A stretch of 64,000 nt of DNA from an uncultured Acidobacteriaceae bacterium (GTDB taxonomy: Bacteria > Acidobacteriota > Terriglobia > Terriglobales > Acidobacteriaceae): the NCBI GenBank assembly GCA_963776535.1, contig CAVZNB010000019.1, positions 19,409 to 83,408 on the forward strand, written 5' to 3'. The position numbers and the translations under genes are program-made. Numbering within the stretch: position 1 is the first letter of the stretch; the number at the start of each line of letters is the position of its first letter. This document shows, in pieces, positions 41,604-55,432 of the stretch. The notes under the pieces were generated by a model. That model did no database searches. It was given only the letters and a program-made list of their open reading frames with translations, and had not been told where the DNA came from.

Positions 41604-42302
41604 TCAGTTTTCGATGTGCAGCACGGAGAAGGTCTTGGATTTGGCGATGTCGGCCTTCGGCTTGGTGTGAGCGGAGATGCGGAATCCGCCCTTGCCCCAA
41701 TTCACGTCAATTGTGCCCACGTAATAGAACAGGTTTTGGCCGGGAATCCTCCGGTCCTGGTATTCCTCAAGAACCCGCAGGTACAGTTCTCTCCCTTCGC
41801 CCTCCCATTTCAGCTTGGTGGTCACCTGAAGCGACGGCCCATATCCTTCCTGGCGACCCCAGTCCATCTCCTCGACCCTCCTGACGATCGCTTCGAAATC
41901 CTCTCTTGTTTGCTTGTTGGTAAGGACGCGGGGCGTGTAGCTGGGCGTGGGGAGCGACGGCGGAACGGTCACTTTAGGGCTGCTTAGGACGGGACTGGAA
42001 CTTGCGTTGTTATTATTCGAAACCGTTGTAATGGTGGACGGGAGCGGTTTTCCCCACGGCCCCAGCAGCTTCGGCCCGGACTGAGGGGTTGTTTCCGTGG
42101 AGGGCGTTGGGTCAGGCGCAGGTTGCACATTCCCGGCGAAGTAAAAGCCGGGAGGGGCGTCCGTCAGATTCAAAACATCGAATGTCACCCTCAGGCCCGG
42201 ACCCAGCAAGACCGGCGGGCGGGCCTGGTAGTATTTGCCGTCATCCCCGTTGATGAACAGGGAACCTAGCGTTTGGTGCATGAACATGGTGCCTGTAGGC
42301 AT
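41604..42302 (-). CDS. Hypothetical protein with degenerate cold-shock-like N-domain, Pro/Ser/Thr linker and unknown C-domain
   Basis: SD AGGAGG; MPTGT...FINGDDG...GLRVTFDV...AGNVQP. Confidence 0.7.
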   Translation of the reverse strand: MPTGTMFMHQTLGSLFINGDDGKYYQARPPVLLGPGLRVTFDVLNLTDAPPGFYFAGNVQPAPDPTPSTETTPQSGPKLLGPWGKPLPSTITTVSNNNNASSSPVLSSPKVTVPPSLPTPSYTPRVLTNKQTREDFEAIVRRVEEMDWGRQEGYGPSLQVTTKLKWEGEGRELYLRVLEEYQDRRIPGQNLFYYVGTIDVNWGKGGFRISAHTKPKADIAKSKTFSVLHIEN

Positions 42303-43042
42303 GCGGCCTCCTGGTGAAAAAGTTCACGTTGTTGTGCCGCGACGCGAAACAGGAAGCGTTAAGGTGCACGGCTGGGGAAATAACCTCTGGGCGGGGCAAA
42401 GCATCGAAGCGCCAGGCCAACCCAAGATCGCCTTCCCGGCACGCTTCGCTGCAGCGTCCATACCTATCAGGGAATTCCGCCTCGTGTCAATCGAGTTGAA
42501 TGGGCAATGTCCCCGAGGGCACAGGGCGCGGCCTGGAAGTGAAGTGAAGATCGTTGCGGACCGGAGGGCAAAGCTCATGCCGGGCGCGTGGAAGCTGGGT
42601 CGGCGTAAACATGAAGCTGCGATGGACGGCCTGCATGCTGGAAAGGGCAACCCGGCTTCGCTTCGTTGAGATCCCGCTTTCCTTACGACATTGCGGAGCG
42701 CCGGGTGGTGCTGTTGTACTGCGGGCTGCGGCGGGAGGATACTTATTGAGACCGCGCCCGGTTCAAGATCAGTGCTTGCAGCGTCTGCCCTTCGCAGAGC
42801 CCTTACCTGCTGCCGCCCCAGCGGCTCGGTTTCGTAGGGTTGCTGGGGGCGCGTCTGCGGCTCGGGTCTGAGGGCGGCTTCTGCTTCTTATCCAGACTAA
42901 GAATGACCCACTGCGCCAAAAACTTTTCCACTGGAATTGAAGGCCAGGAGCATTTCGCTCAGTTTTCCTCAGTCCGACTGGATTTCAACCGTGTTTCCTG
43001 CCGGATGCCAAGAGCATTCGACGGCTAGAATCATACTCAGCC

Positions 43043-46566
<3,524 letters not shown>

Positions 46567-46603
46567 GCTCAATCTCACGGAAAGCAACACGCGGGAGGCG
46601 GCA

Positions 46604-49036
46604 TTGCAGAGCGTCTTTCAGGATATCCATTTCGCCGTTCGCAGTCTGAGAAAATCCCTCGGATTCCTGCTCACGGCAATTGCGTCCATCGCTCTCGCCA
46701 TCGCGCTTGCCCTCTCGCTCTTCGAGTTGTTTCACGCCCTGTCGTATGAGGCGCCGGCCATTGCAAATCCCGCGCAGGTCGTGGCCGTCTACGGACAGAA
46801 CAAGCTCCGGCCCTACATGTCCATCTCCTGGCCTGACTATCTCGACATTCGCAACAGGCAGGCTGTCTTTTCGCAAATTGCCGCGTACATCCGTGTCAAG
46901 GCGACGCTGCGGCAAGGCGCCACAAACATCGATGCCTGGGGCGAATTGACATCAGCCAATTACTTCGCAACCCTTGGTCTCCGGCCCGCGCTGGGGCGCT
47001 TTTTTCTGCCCGCGGAAGAGAACTCCGGCACACCGGTTGCGGTCATCGGCTATGACCTCTGGCAGCGCGCGTATGGCGGTAGCACTGCGGCAATCGGCTC
47101 AACCCTCTGGCTCAATCAGCACGCATTCACCATCGTTGGCGTCGCACCGCGCCAGTTTGCAGGGGTGGTCCTCGACTGGGGCGGTGTCCCGCAATTCTGG
47201 GTCACGTCGAGTCAGCAGTCCGTCGTTTTTCCCAACTCCAATCTGCTCACCAATCGCAGGGCCGCCGCCGCAGTCCTGGTGGCCCGGCTGCGCGCCGGCG
47301 CAACGCTTGAAAACGCAAAGGCAGGCTTGGCGCTCATTGCCACGCAATTGGGCCGGAACAGCGGCGACCCTTCGTACAGCTTTGTCGTGCTTCCGCTCAG
47401 CCGCGCGCGGTTCTGGCCCACCTTTCGCGACGGCATCCAGCACAAGCTTCAGATGCTCATGCTGCTTGCCGTCTGCGTCCTCATGGTTGCCTGCACAAAT
47501 GTGTCTGCGCTTCTGTTCGCGCGCAGCACGATGCGCCGCGGCGAAATCGCTCTCCGCGCCGCTGTGGGCGCCACGCGCGCCCGCCTCATCCGCCAGCTGC
47601 TCACGGAGAGCCTGCTGGTCAGCACCGCAGGCGGCCTGGCCGGCATTGGCCTGTCGTGGACGGTTCTTCGCGCCACCGAGCAGCTCAACCGGCTTTTCCC
47701 CATTCCGCTACACGTTCATCTGCACTTGAACGCCGCCGTCATCCTGCTCGGCCTCGCCATAAGTTTCGCCTGCGGATTGCTCTTCGGATTCTTCCCGGCC
47801 CTCCTGGTGACCTGCGCAAATCTGCAAAGCTCGCTGGCCGGCGCGCAGCGCTCGTCATCCTCCCCGCGCGGCCAGTCCAGATGGCTGCGCGGCGCGGTGG
47901 TCATCCAGATCGCCGTCTGCTGCGCCGTCGCCTTTACCACGCTGCTGCTGGGCCGCTCGCTCTGGAAGCAGACCACTGCCGATCGTGGCATTGAACCGCA
48001 GGGCGTCTTCTGTGCGGACTTCGCGCTCCCCCGTCTCAACCATAGTCCGGATCTGCAACGTCAGATGATCCGCCAGTTGCTGGGACGCCTTGAGCACGTT
48101 TCCGCCGTGCAATCCGTGGCGCTGGACTCAGGCGCAATGAACATGCAAATGCCCATCCGGACGGAGGCCGCGACGCAGGGCTCTCAGGAACAGGTCGCCG
48201 TGCAAAGCAGGAGCGTCTCCAGCCAGTACTTCCACGCCCTGGGAATCCCGCTGATTCAAGGCGGAACCTTCTCCGCCGCCAACTCAGCCAAAGGCCTTGA
48301 CGATGCCCCGGAAGTGATTGTGAGCGAAACCCTCGCCCGCCAGCTATGGCCCGGCCAGAACGCGGTCGGCAAGCATATCTATCTGGCCGACAGCAGCGCA
48401 CCTGCCGCGGTGGCGGGCGTAAGCGGAGACGTGCTCCGCGGCAGCGAACAGACACCCGGCCCGTTTCTCTACACATCGCTTGACAGCAAGCCGGCAGCGG
48501 AACTGACACTCTATCTGCGCACCCGGTTGCCCGAACGCGATGCTCTGGCGGCGATCCAATCGGCTCTTGCCGAAATCGATCCGGAGATTGTTATCGAGAA
48601 TCCCGAATCCTTGACAGCACGCATCCAAGACGGGAATGCGCAGGCTGCCACATTGTCCGCATTGGTCGCGGTGTTTGCCGCGGTCGCTCTCTTGCTTGCC
48701 TTTGTCGGCATCTACGCCATGGCAGCTTTCGAAGCAGGGGCCCACCGCCACGCCACCGCCATTCGCCTCGCGCTGGGCGAGACGCGTGCCGGTGTGCTCG
48801 TTTCCTTCATCCGCCAGGCGCTGCGTCTCTGCGCCAGCGGCCTCGTCGCGGGTCTGCCCCTGGCCTTCATGCTGTCTTCGCTGTTCCGCGAGTGGTTCTG
48901 GAAGGTCGCCCAGACCGATGGCATCTCGATTGTGTCTGCCGTCATACTGCTCCTTGCAGTCACCCTTGGCGCTTCGCTGGCCCCGGCCTGGTCTGCCGCA
49001 CGCACTAACCCCGCACAACTGCTGCGCAGCGAATGA
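46604..49036 (+). CDS. ADOP-family duplicated ABC permease (MacB/FtsX domains)
   Basis: QDIHFAVRSLRKS, ACTNVSALLFAR, EIALRAAVGATRARLIRQLLTES and PAWSAARTNPAQLLRSE. Confidence 0.9.
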   Translation: MQSVFQDIHFAVRSLRKSLGFLLTAIASIALAIALALSLFELFHALSYEAPAIANPAQVVAVYGQNKLRPYMSISWPDYLDIRNRQAVFSQIAAYIRVKATLRQGATNIDAWGELTSANYFATLGLRPALGRFFLPAEENSGTPVAVIGYDLWQRAYGGSTAAIGSTLWLNQHAFTIVGVAPRQFAGVVLDWGGVPQFWVTSSQQSVVFPNSNLLTNRRAAAAVLVARLRAGATLENAKAGLALIATQLGRNSGDPSYSFVVLPLSRARFWPTFRDGIQHKLQMLMLLAVCVLMVACTNVSALLFARSTMRRGEIALRAAVGATRARLIRQLLTESLLVSTAGGLAGIGLSWTVLRATEQLNRLFPIPLHVHLHLNAAVILLGLAISFACGLLFGFFPALLVTCANLQSSLAGAQRSSSSPRGQSRWLRGAVVIQIAVCCAVAFTTLLLGRSLWKQTTADRGIEPQGVFCADFALPRLNHSPDLQRQMIRQLLGRLEHVSAVQSVALDSGAMNMQMPIRTEAATQGSQEQVAVQSRSVSSQYFHALGIPLIQGGTFSAANSAKGLDDAPEVIVSETLARQLWPGQNAVGKHIYLADSSAPAAVAGVSGDVLRGSEQTPGPFLYTSLDSKPAAELTLYLRTRLPERDALAAIQSALAEIDPEIVIENPESLTARIQDGNAQAATLSALVAVFAAVALLLAFVGIYAMAAFEAGAHRHATAIRLALGETRAGVLVSFIRQALRLCASGLVAGLPLAFMLSSLFREWFWKVAQTDGISIVSAVILLLAVTLGASLAPAWSAARTNPAQLLRSE

Positions 49037-49170
49037 GCCGATGCCCGGACCCGCGCACCGGGCTGCGGGTTTCAAGCCGCGCAGGACTGGATGCAGAACT
49101 TCCGGCATCGGACGGCGCATTCAGTGGGATAATGGTTAGGTTCGAGGTCGGGCAGGGAAAAGGCGGCTGT

Positions 49171-50367
49171 ATGCGACGGTGGATTCTTCTCGGTGTAATG
49201 GCGGCCGTGGCTCTGACCGCCCATGCGGCCAAACGCGTGACCGTCGCGGAACTTATCCAGGCCGTCACCACAGACAGCGCAGCCCACAAGCCGGATGCGG
49301 AAATCATTCGCCAGATCAGCGCGATGGAACTGACCGAGCGCCTGAGCGAGGCCACGCTTGACCGGCTCAACGCGCAGGTGCAGTTGAGTCCCCAGGTCGC
49401 GCTAGCCCTGGAGTTGCAGGCCGACCAGTCGGCGTTTCTTGATCTGCCGGTCAGTGAGCTGCCCGCCCTGCCTCCTCCCGGCGAAGATGCGCAACTCAAG
49501 ACCTTCAACGCAGCGGGCACGTTTGTAGCTGAGACGCTGCCGCATCTGCCCAACTTTCTGGCCACACGTACCACCATCCAATACGATGACAGTCCGCAGG
49601 AAGTGAAGAAAGGCAGCTGGCCGGTGCGCGCAGGGTTGCATCTGGTGGGCAAGTTGAGCCGCGATACTTCAGTCTCCGCTGAGCGCACAGGGACCTCTGC
49701 CGGTGGAGCCCAGGGTGCATCGCAGCAGGGAGGCCTGGTTTCGTGGGGTGAATTCGGATCAGTGCTGGGCATGGTTCTGGCCGACAGTGCGAACGGCAAG
49801 GTGAGCTGGAGCCACTGGGAGCAGCTGGCCGGCGTGCGCGCCGCGGTCTTCCATTACACCGTGCCCAAGGCGGCTTCGCACTTTGAGGTGGTGAATTCTA
49901 TTCGTCGGGAGGCCGGTATTGAAGGCTTCGCGACGCACATGGACGGCTCCAGGATCGCAGGCATTGGAGCTCGCCAAAACAACAGTTCGTCTCAAACTTC
50001 CGTGATCCACGCCGACCGCGGTTATCAAGGTTCGCTGTGGGTGGACCCGGCAACCGGATCCATCCTGCGCGTCACCATCGAGGCGAACTCGAAGGATAGT
50101 TCCGCCTTTCAGTGGGCAGAGATGATGGTGGAGTACGGCCCCGTGGAGATCGGCGGAGGCACTTTCATTCTTCCGGTTCGAAGCGTGGCCTTCTCCAGGA
50201 CCATACTCAGCACCGATGCAATGACCGGCAGCGCGCCCTCGCAATGGCTGAACGAAACGCTTTTCAACAACTATCACCGCTTTGTGGGTACAACCCGTAT
50301 TCTGACCGACGCGGATGCTGCGCCCGCACCGCAGAAGCCTGCCGATAGCGAGTCAAAACCGCAATAG
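49171..50367 (+). CDS. Secreted hypothetical protein (acidobacterial type)
   Basis: Signal peptide; KRVTVAEL, ELTERLS, LPNFLATRTT, GEFGSVL, VDPATGSILR and VEYGPVEIGG. Confidence 0.8.
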   Translation: MRRWILLGVMAAVALTAHAAKRVTVAELIQAVTTDSAAHKPDAEIIRQISAMELTERLSEATLDRLNAQVQLSPQVALALELQADQSAFLDLPVSELPALPPPGEDAQLKTFNAAGTFVAETLPHLPNFLATRTTIQYDDSPQEVKKGSWPVRAGLHLVGKLSRDTSVSAERTGTSAGGAQGASQQGGLVSWGEFGSVLGMVLADSANGKVSWSHWEQLAGVRAAVFHYTVPKAASHFEVVNSIRREAGIEGFATHMDGSRIAGIGARQNNSSSQTSVIHADRGYQGSLWVDPATGSILRVTIEANSKDSSAFQWAEMMVEYGPVEIGGGTFILPVRSVAFSRTILSTDAMTGSAPSQWLNETLFNNYHRFVGTTRILTDADAAPAPQKPADSESKPQ

Positions 50368-50399
50368 AGTCACCCTCCGCCCAAGTCCCTGCACGTAGA

Positions 50400-51755
50400 T
50401 TATTTCTTGTGCTTCTCCGTACCTGGAGTCATGTACCCCAGCCGCGCCTGCACATCCACACCATTGCGAGTTACTTTCACCTTCAAGCGGTGATAACTTC
50501 CGTCAGCTTTGATTCCGTCGAGAGATAACTCGAGAAGATACACACTTTCCGGCGCTTCCGTCAGAAGCTCAAATCCCGCGTTCAGATCGTTGCTGTTGTG
50601 GAAGAACGTGCCGCCGGTGCCGTCAGCCAGCTCGGCCATCACGTTTTCGTTCGCCTGCATGGCGCTGGCGTGGAACTCGCTCCTCGATTGCACCGGAACC
50701 ACGTGTGTATCGTCGCCGGCTACCAGCGAGGTGGTATACAGGCCGCGGGCATCCAGGGTACTCACGGGCACGTTGGACTGGGCCGCCAGGTCCATCAGCT
50801 GCGACTCCTGGGTTCGCGATTCTTCCTCGATTGCGGGAAATCCCGAGGAGACCAGGATCAGCAATCGCTGGCCGGGTAGATTGGCCATTCTGCGCACAAT
50901 CTCCCGGATGTTGGTGAGAGTGGCTTGAACGTCCTGGGAGCCTGATGCGAGTGCGCGCCGGGCCGCGGTCTCCGCTAGCCTTTGGGCCACCGGAAGGTCG
51001 GTCTGCGGGTTGATGCCGGGGTCGCAATTGAGCACCTGCGCCAGGGCGTCCTGGTTGGCCTCGGGATTGTGTTTGTTCAGCATCTGGTCGGCCTGGTAGT
51101 AGTCGATCAAGGGGCAATCGGACTTGTTCGTGGGCCGTGGAACAAGGCTCATGATCGCCTGCTGCAGTTTGGCCGAGTCGCGCGTCAACCCGCTGTTGAC
51201 CCTCCCCGAAGTGGAAACGACGGCCGCAACGGTCGAACCCGACAGGGTCCCGGGCAGTGCGCCGATTGCGGCCTTTCTGGCGTATGCCAGGTCGTCGAAG
51301 CTCATGTGCATGTCGTCGAACAGAAACACCACGATCCGGCTGGGTAGCCCGGAGGCCTGCGCCGGGGGTGGGGCAGCTTCGCCCTGCTGCGCGGCAGCGG
51401 CTGGAACACCGGCGACAGCCTCCCCACCGCCGCGATGCTCCACATTGAATGCGGTAATGGCGTGCGGCTTATCGTTGTCCAGAACCTGAAAGTCTTCCTG
51501 CTTCAGATCCCCTACCGTGTGTCCCTGCTTGTCGCGGACAACAACAGGAACGAGGATCCTGTTCACGTTCAGCTGAATCGTTGGTGATGCTGCCTGGGGA
51601 TCGCTGGGCTGCTGTGCGGCAGAAAAAATGCAACGGCTCAAAGCCAGCAAAGAGACCAAAAGAAGGGGACGGACCCGGATCCGGGTTGTACTCATCATGC
51701 CGAAGCTGCTCCCAGGTGTGGAATCAGGCGTGCTCACAGGTGTTGACGCAATCAT
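50400..51755 (-). CDS. VWA-domain protein (acidobacterial VWFA-related)
   Basis: VPVVVRDKQG, DLKQEDFQVLDN, FLFDDMH, LILVSSGF, LADGTGG and DGSYHRLKVKV; start may be 51698. Confidence 0.88.
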   Translation of the reverse strand: MIASTPVSTPDSTPGSSFGMMSTTRIRVRPLLLVSLLALSRCIFSAAQQPSDPQAASPTIQLNVNRILVPVVVRDKQGHTVGDLKQEDFQVLDNDKPHAITAFNVEHRGGGEAVAGVPAAAAQQGEAAPPPAQASGLPSRIVVFLFDDMHMSFDDLAYARKAAIGALPGTLSGSTVAAVVSTSGRVNSGLTRDSAKLQQAIMSLVPRPTNKSDCPLIDYYQADQMLNKHNPEANQDALAQVLNCDPGINPQTDLPVAQRLAETAARRALASGSQDVQATLTNIREIVRRMANLPGQRLLILVSSGFPAIEEESRTQESQLMDLAAQSNVPVSTLDARGLYTTSLVAGDDTHVVPVQSRSEFHASAMQANENVMAELADGTGGTFFHNSNDLNAGFELLTEAPESVYLLELSLDGIKADGSYHRLKVKVTRNGVDVQARLGYMTPGTEKHKK

Positions 51756-51958
51756 ACGCCGCCCACCGTTGCAGCGAATGTCGCGCGTGATGCTTTGCGC
51801 GCGGATACATCGGCCTCCTGACTACGCTGGGAACTTGGTGCGCCGTTTGATTTCGATCCGGAGCCGTTCTCGCGGCAGTTATGATGGCTTCAAGCTTTAG
51901 GCGCTCTCAACCGGCGGCAATCCACCGGATGCGGAGAGACAGCAGACAAGAGGGAAGC

Positions 51959-52933
51959 ATGCAATACCGGCAGTTGGGCAACGGACCGCTGCAAGTCTCC
52001 GAGCTGAGCTTCGGCACCTGGCTCACGGTGGCCGGCGGCATTGGCCGGGAGCAGGCCACGCGCTGCATCCACGCGGCTCTCGACCACGGCATCACGCTCT
52101 ATGACACCGCCAACCAGTACGGCGCCGGCGAGGCCGAGCGAGTGCTGGGCGCTGCGCTCAAAGCCTATCCGCGCGACCGTTATCTCATCGCCACCAAGCT
52201 CTACTTTCCCGTCGGCGACGAGCCGGACCACGGCCTCTCCGCTGCGCAAATCGAAAAGCAACTCAACCGTTCGCTCGAACGTCTCGGCGTCGACTGCATC
52301 GACCTCTACCAGTGCCATCGCTTCGACAGGGAGACGCCGCTGGAAGAGACCATGGCCGCGCTTGATCGTGCGGTAAAAGCCGGCAAGGTGCGCGCCATCG
52401 GCTTCAGCGAGTGGACCGCTGAGCAGATCGATGCAGCCGCGGACATCTCCGCAGCCAACGGGCTTGCAGCCTTCTCATCCAGCCAGCCGCAGTACTCCAT
52501 GCTCTGGCGCAAGCCGGAGGCAGCGGTCTTCGCCGCCAGCGCCCGCCACGGTATCGGCAATCTGGCCTTCTCGCCGCTGGCCCACGGCGTGCTTACCGGC
52601 AAGTACGCGCCGGGTAAGCCTCCGCCGCCCGGCAGCCGCGCCGCCAGCGAACAGATGAACGCCTTCATGGAAACCGCCGGCCGCCACTACCGCAGCGACT
52701 ATCTTTTGTTGGCAGTAGCTGCGTTAAAGCCCATCGCCGCCGACCTGGGCCTCACCATGGCGCAACTGGCGCTGGCCTGGGTGCTGCGCAGGCCTGAAGT
52801 GGCATCTGCGATTATTGGAGCGTCGCGCCCGGAGCAGATTGCAGACAATGTGCGCGCCGTCGGCACGGGCCTGTCAGCGGATGTGTTGCAACGCATCGAC
52901 CGCGCAATATGTGCGGTTGTCGTCTCGAGTTGA
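51959..52933 (+). CDS. Aldo/keto reductase
   Basis: MQYRQLG, YDTANQYG, IATK, DLYQCHRFD, GKVRAIGFSEW, SPLAHGVLTGKY and QLALAWVL. Confidence 0.95.
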   Translation: MQYRQLGNGPLQVSELSFGTWLTVAGGIGREQATRCIHAALDHGITLYDTANQYGAGEAERVLGAALKAYPRDRYLIATKLYFPVGDEPDHGLSAAQIEKQLNRSLERLGVDCIDLYQCHRFDRETPLEETMAALDRAVKAGKVRAIGFSEWTAEQIDAAADISAANGLAAFSSSQPQYSMLWRKPEAAVFAASARHGIGNLAFSPLAHGVLTGKYAPGKPPPPGSRAASEQMNAFMETAGRHYRSDYLLLAVAALKPIAADLGLTMAQLALAWVLRRPEVASAIIGASRPEQIADNVRAVGTGLSADVLQRIDRAICAVVVSS

Positions 52934-53022
52934 GGGAGTCCCTCAACGAGTTGATGATTTGAAAGGGCACGACTTCATTCGTGCCGCAGAACGCCCAAAA
53001 AGAGACCGGGCTTTAGCCCCCG
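52929..53022. repeat. Cluster of palindromic REP-like hairpins
   Basis: GTTGAGGGA-G-TCCCTCAAC; GGCACGA-CTTCAT-TCGTGCC; GGGCT-TT-AGCCC. Confidence 0.6.
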
Positions 53023-53091
53023 AAGGAACGCCCAGTTGGGATTGAGTGTCAATCGGAGGCTACTGAGCTGAGACCGGGTGATCCTTTGCGG

Positions 53092-53478
53092 TCAAAAGCT
53101 TGGGATGAGGTAAAGAAGCACCCCAAGAGCACAGAGGATGTAGGGCCAGAATCTCACGTCGATGGTTAAGGAGGAATCACCAGATCTGAAGAATGTCCGC
53201 CTGAAGGCTGATTGTTTGAGCACCGAACCTGGCAGCTCAGGTTCGTGGGTGACGGGCGAAGTACCTTCAAATCTGGAATCTCTTGAGGCCGTTTTCGTTC
53301 GTGGAGAAAGCCACCACACAATCGCCGCCGCCACGAAGCAAGCAAGAGGCCGCGGCCACACATGATGCAGGGAGTAGTTCTTCTCGTGGAAGCAGTATCG
53401 TCCCAATAGTTCGGCCTCAAGGATGCACAGTCCGGCGATAACCACCACGAGTTCTCCACGAAATGGATTGTCGCGCAT
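53092..53478 (-). CDS. Hypothetical membrane protein (N-terminus possibly damaged)
   Basis: Three hydrophobic segments; ends FWPYILCALGVLLYLIPSF. Confidence 0.55.
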   Translation of the reverse strand: MRDNPFRGELVVVIAGLCILEAELLGRYCFHEKNYSLHHVWPRPLACFVAAAIVWWLSPRTKTASRDSRFEGTSPVTHEPELPGSVLKQSAFRRTFFRSGDSSLTIDVRFWPYILCALGVLLYLIPSF

Positions 53479-53569
53479 GGAAATGATTGAATCATAGGGC
53501 TGAGGCCAAGGACAACGCGAGAAGCTCGGTTAGGATGGATAGGCACCCCAGAAAGGCTGCAGAAATCAA

Positions 53570-54931
53570 ATGACATTTATGGGACATTGGACGAGGCGGA
53601 AGTTTCTTGAGACAGCAGCAGGTTCTGCCGCAGCGCTTTCCTTATCAAGCACAAATGCGCTCGCAAACCCCGCCGGCCTGCGCGGACGCTTCATCACCCA
53701 CGTCTCCGTGGTGCGCGTCAATCAAATCGAAGTCACCCCCACGCGCAACCTCGGAGAAGACGAAGTCCCCGACAACCGCCCGGAGAAGATCCAGTCCCGC
53801 CGCGACGCCTTTGCCCGCGGCTGCCCCGGCGGCCGCATGACCTGGGCTATCAGCTGGCTGGCCCTCATTGACGACCGGCAGCAGTACAAGGACGTGCGCA
53901 GACTCCTCGCCTCCTATCACGACAAGTACGGCGACGAGATCACTTTCATTCCCGGCGGCTACTTCGCTCCCATGTTTGACACCCGCGAGCACAACCGCCA
54001 GACCATCCACAAGGCCCTTGCCATGATCTCCCACATGGTCGGCGGCGGCTACCGCCCGGAGTGCGTCGTCGCCGGCTTTCTGGATGCGCAGAACCAGGCC
54101 TACCTTGCCAGCGATGAAGGCATCCACGTCTGCCAGGCGCAAATCTGGAGCCAGCACGGTATCGACAATGGCGACGGCGACGGCGGCATCTGTTATCCCT
54201 ATTACCCCAGCCGCCAGCATTATCTGAAACCCGCACAAGGGCCGGCAGATTTCATTGACTGTGTCTGCCTCGACGGCTGGACCTGCGACTTCCTCACCGC
54301 GCGCCGCCAGGGATTTGAGGGCGGCTTCAACAGCCGTATGGGAGTCGGCCCCATTGAGACGGTGGGCAACCTCGGCGTTGAGGCCGGCCGCCGCGAGATG
54401 ATGGCCACCACCGCCATGCACTTCGACCGCGGCTGCGAGCTGAACGGTTTCGGCTTCGTCACTGGAATCTGGGAAGTCTCCGTCGGTCACGACGACGATC
54501 TCGCCTGGTGGCTGCAGGCGGTGCGCGAGCGCTGGCCGGATACGCAGGTGGTCACCGAAGGCGCATTCGGCCTGGAATGGCGCAAACACGTACCCAACAA
54601 CGCCAATCTCAACTACCGCTTCGACGCCAAGGGAACCGGCGCGCCCGGCTCCGAAAAGAATCTCGAAATCCAGTGGTTCATGAACCGCGAGTTCCGCCTC
54701 GCCCTGCTGCGCGATTGGACAACCAACAGCCCCTGGATGGCCATCGACTTTACCCGCTACGACCTGCCCGCGCACGAGCCGGACGTGCTGCAGCGCGAGT
54801 GGAGCCTGATGAACGTGCTCAACCAGAAAGGCACGCGCCCCCAGGACAAGCCCGTGCGTCTGGGCCAGTTGAGCCCGGAAGACCAGCGCCTCATCTTCAC
54901 TCAGTATCCCGAGCTCAAGAGCCAGGCCTGA
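53570..54931 (+). CDS. DUF3863-like protein with Tat signal
   Basis: RRKFLE; HVSVVRVNQIEV, GGYFAPMF, WSQHGIDNGDGDGGICYPYYPS and FNSRMGVGPIET. Confidence 0.75.
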   Translation: MTFMGHWTRRKFLETAAGSAAALSLSSTNALANPAGLRGRFITHVSVVRVNQIEVTPTRNLGEDEVPDNRPEKIQSRRDAFARGCPGGRMTWAISWLALIDDRQQYKDVRRLLASYHDKYGDEITFIPGGYFAPMFDTREHNRQTIHKALAMISHMVGGGYRPECVVAGFLDAQNQAYLASDEGIHVCQAQIWSQHGIDNGDGDGGICYPYYPSRQHYLKPAQGPADFIDCVCLDGWTCDFLTARRQGFEGGFNSRMGVGPIETVGNLGVEAGRREMMATTAMHFDRGCELNGFGFVTGIWEVSVGHDDDLAWWLQAVRERWPDTQVVTEGAFGLEWRKHVPNNANLNYRFDAKGTGAPGSEKNLEIQWFMNREFRLALLRDWTTNSPWMAIDFTRYDLPAHEPDVLQREWSLMNVLNQKGTRPQDKPVRLGQLSPEDQRLIFTQYPELKSQA

Positions 54932-55432
54932 AAGACCACTCCGCCGCGCTCCTCGCAGCTCGTCCCCCCGATCCCGTGCCTTCCCTGGTACGCGCCTGCT
55001 CGCGCCCTGAGTCGCTTTTCCTCGTGAAGACGCGAACCATACAGGAGATCGGGTTCGTTGGGAAGCAAAGGTAATGGGGCAGAAGCGGAGCCGGCTGCAG
55101 CCACGCAATGGCGGCTCTGCCGCAGATCGCTCCCGCTGGCTGTTGCAGCTTCCGCGCCAGCTCCTTTACCAGACGCCGCAGCCGCCAAACCCCTTCAGGT
55201 GATGGCCAACACTGCAAATCTGGCCATCCCCGACCCAACCTCCAAAGACGTGCAGGCAAATACGAATCGCGTTGCGCCGGGAACCTGGCGCGTGCGCCGT
55301 GCCGCGATCCGTTTTCCGCCTGCAAAATGCCGCGCAAAACAAGGGCCGGACGCTCCAAGCCGGAGAAACAATACGGGCGTTGTCATGCACCGTCCCTATA
55401 CAACCATCCGCAATCATTCAGGGAGATCGACG

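Noticed and set aside
39400-43040. Prophage or integrative island
   Set aside because: No integrase, tRNA, att repeats or phage genes seen.
55058-55432. N-terminal extension of the lipoprotein
   Set aside because: SD and lipobox place the start at 55433; the extension is low-information Arg/Ala/Pro sequence.
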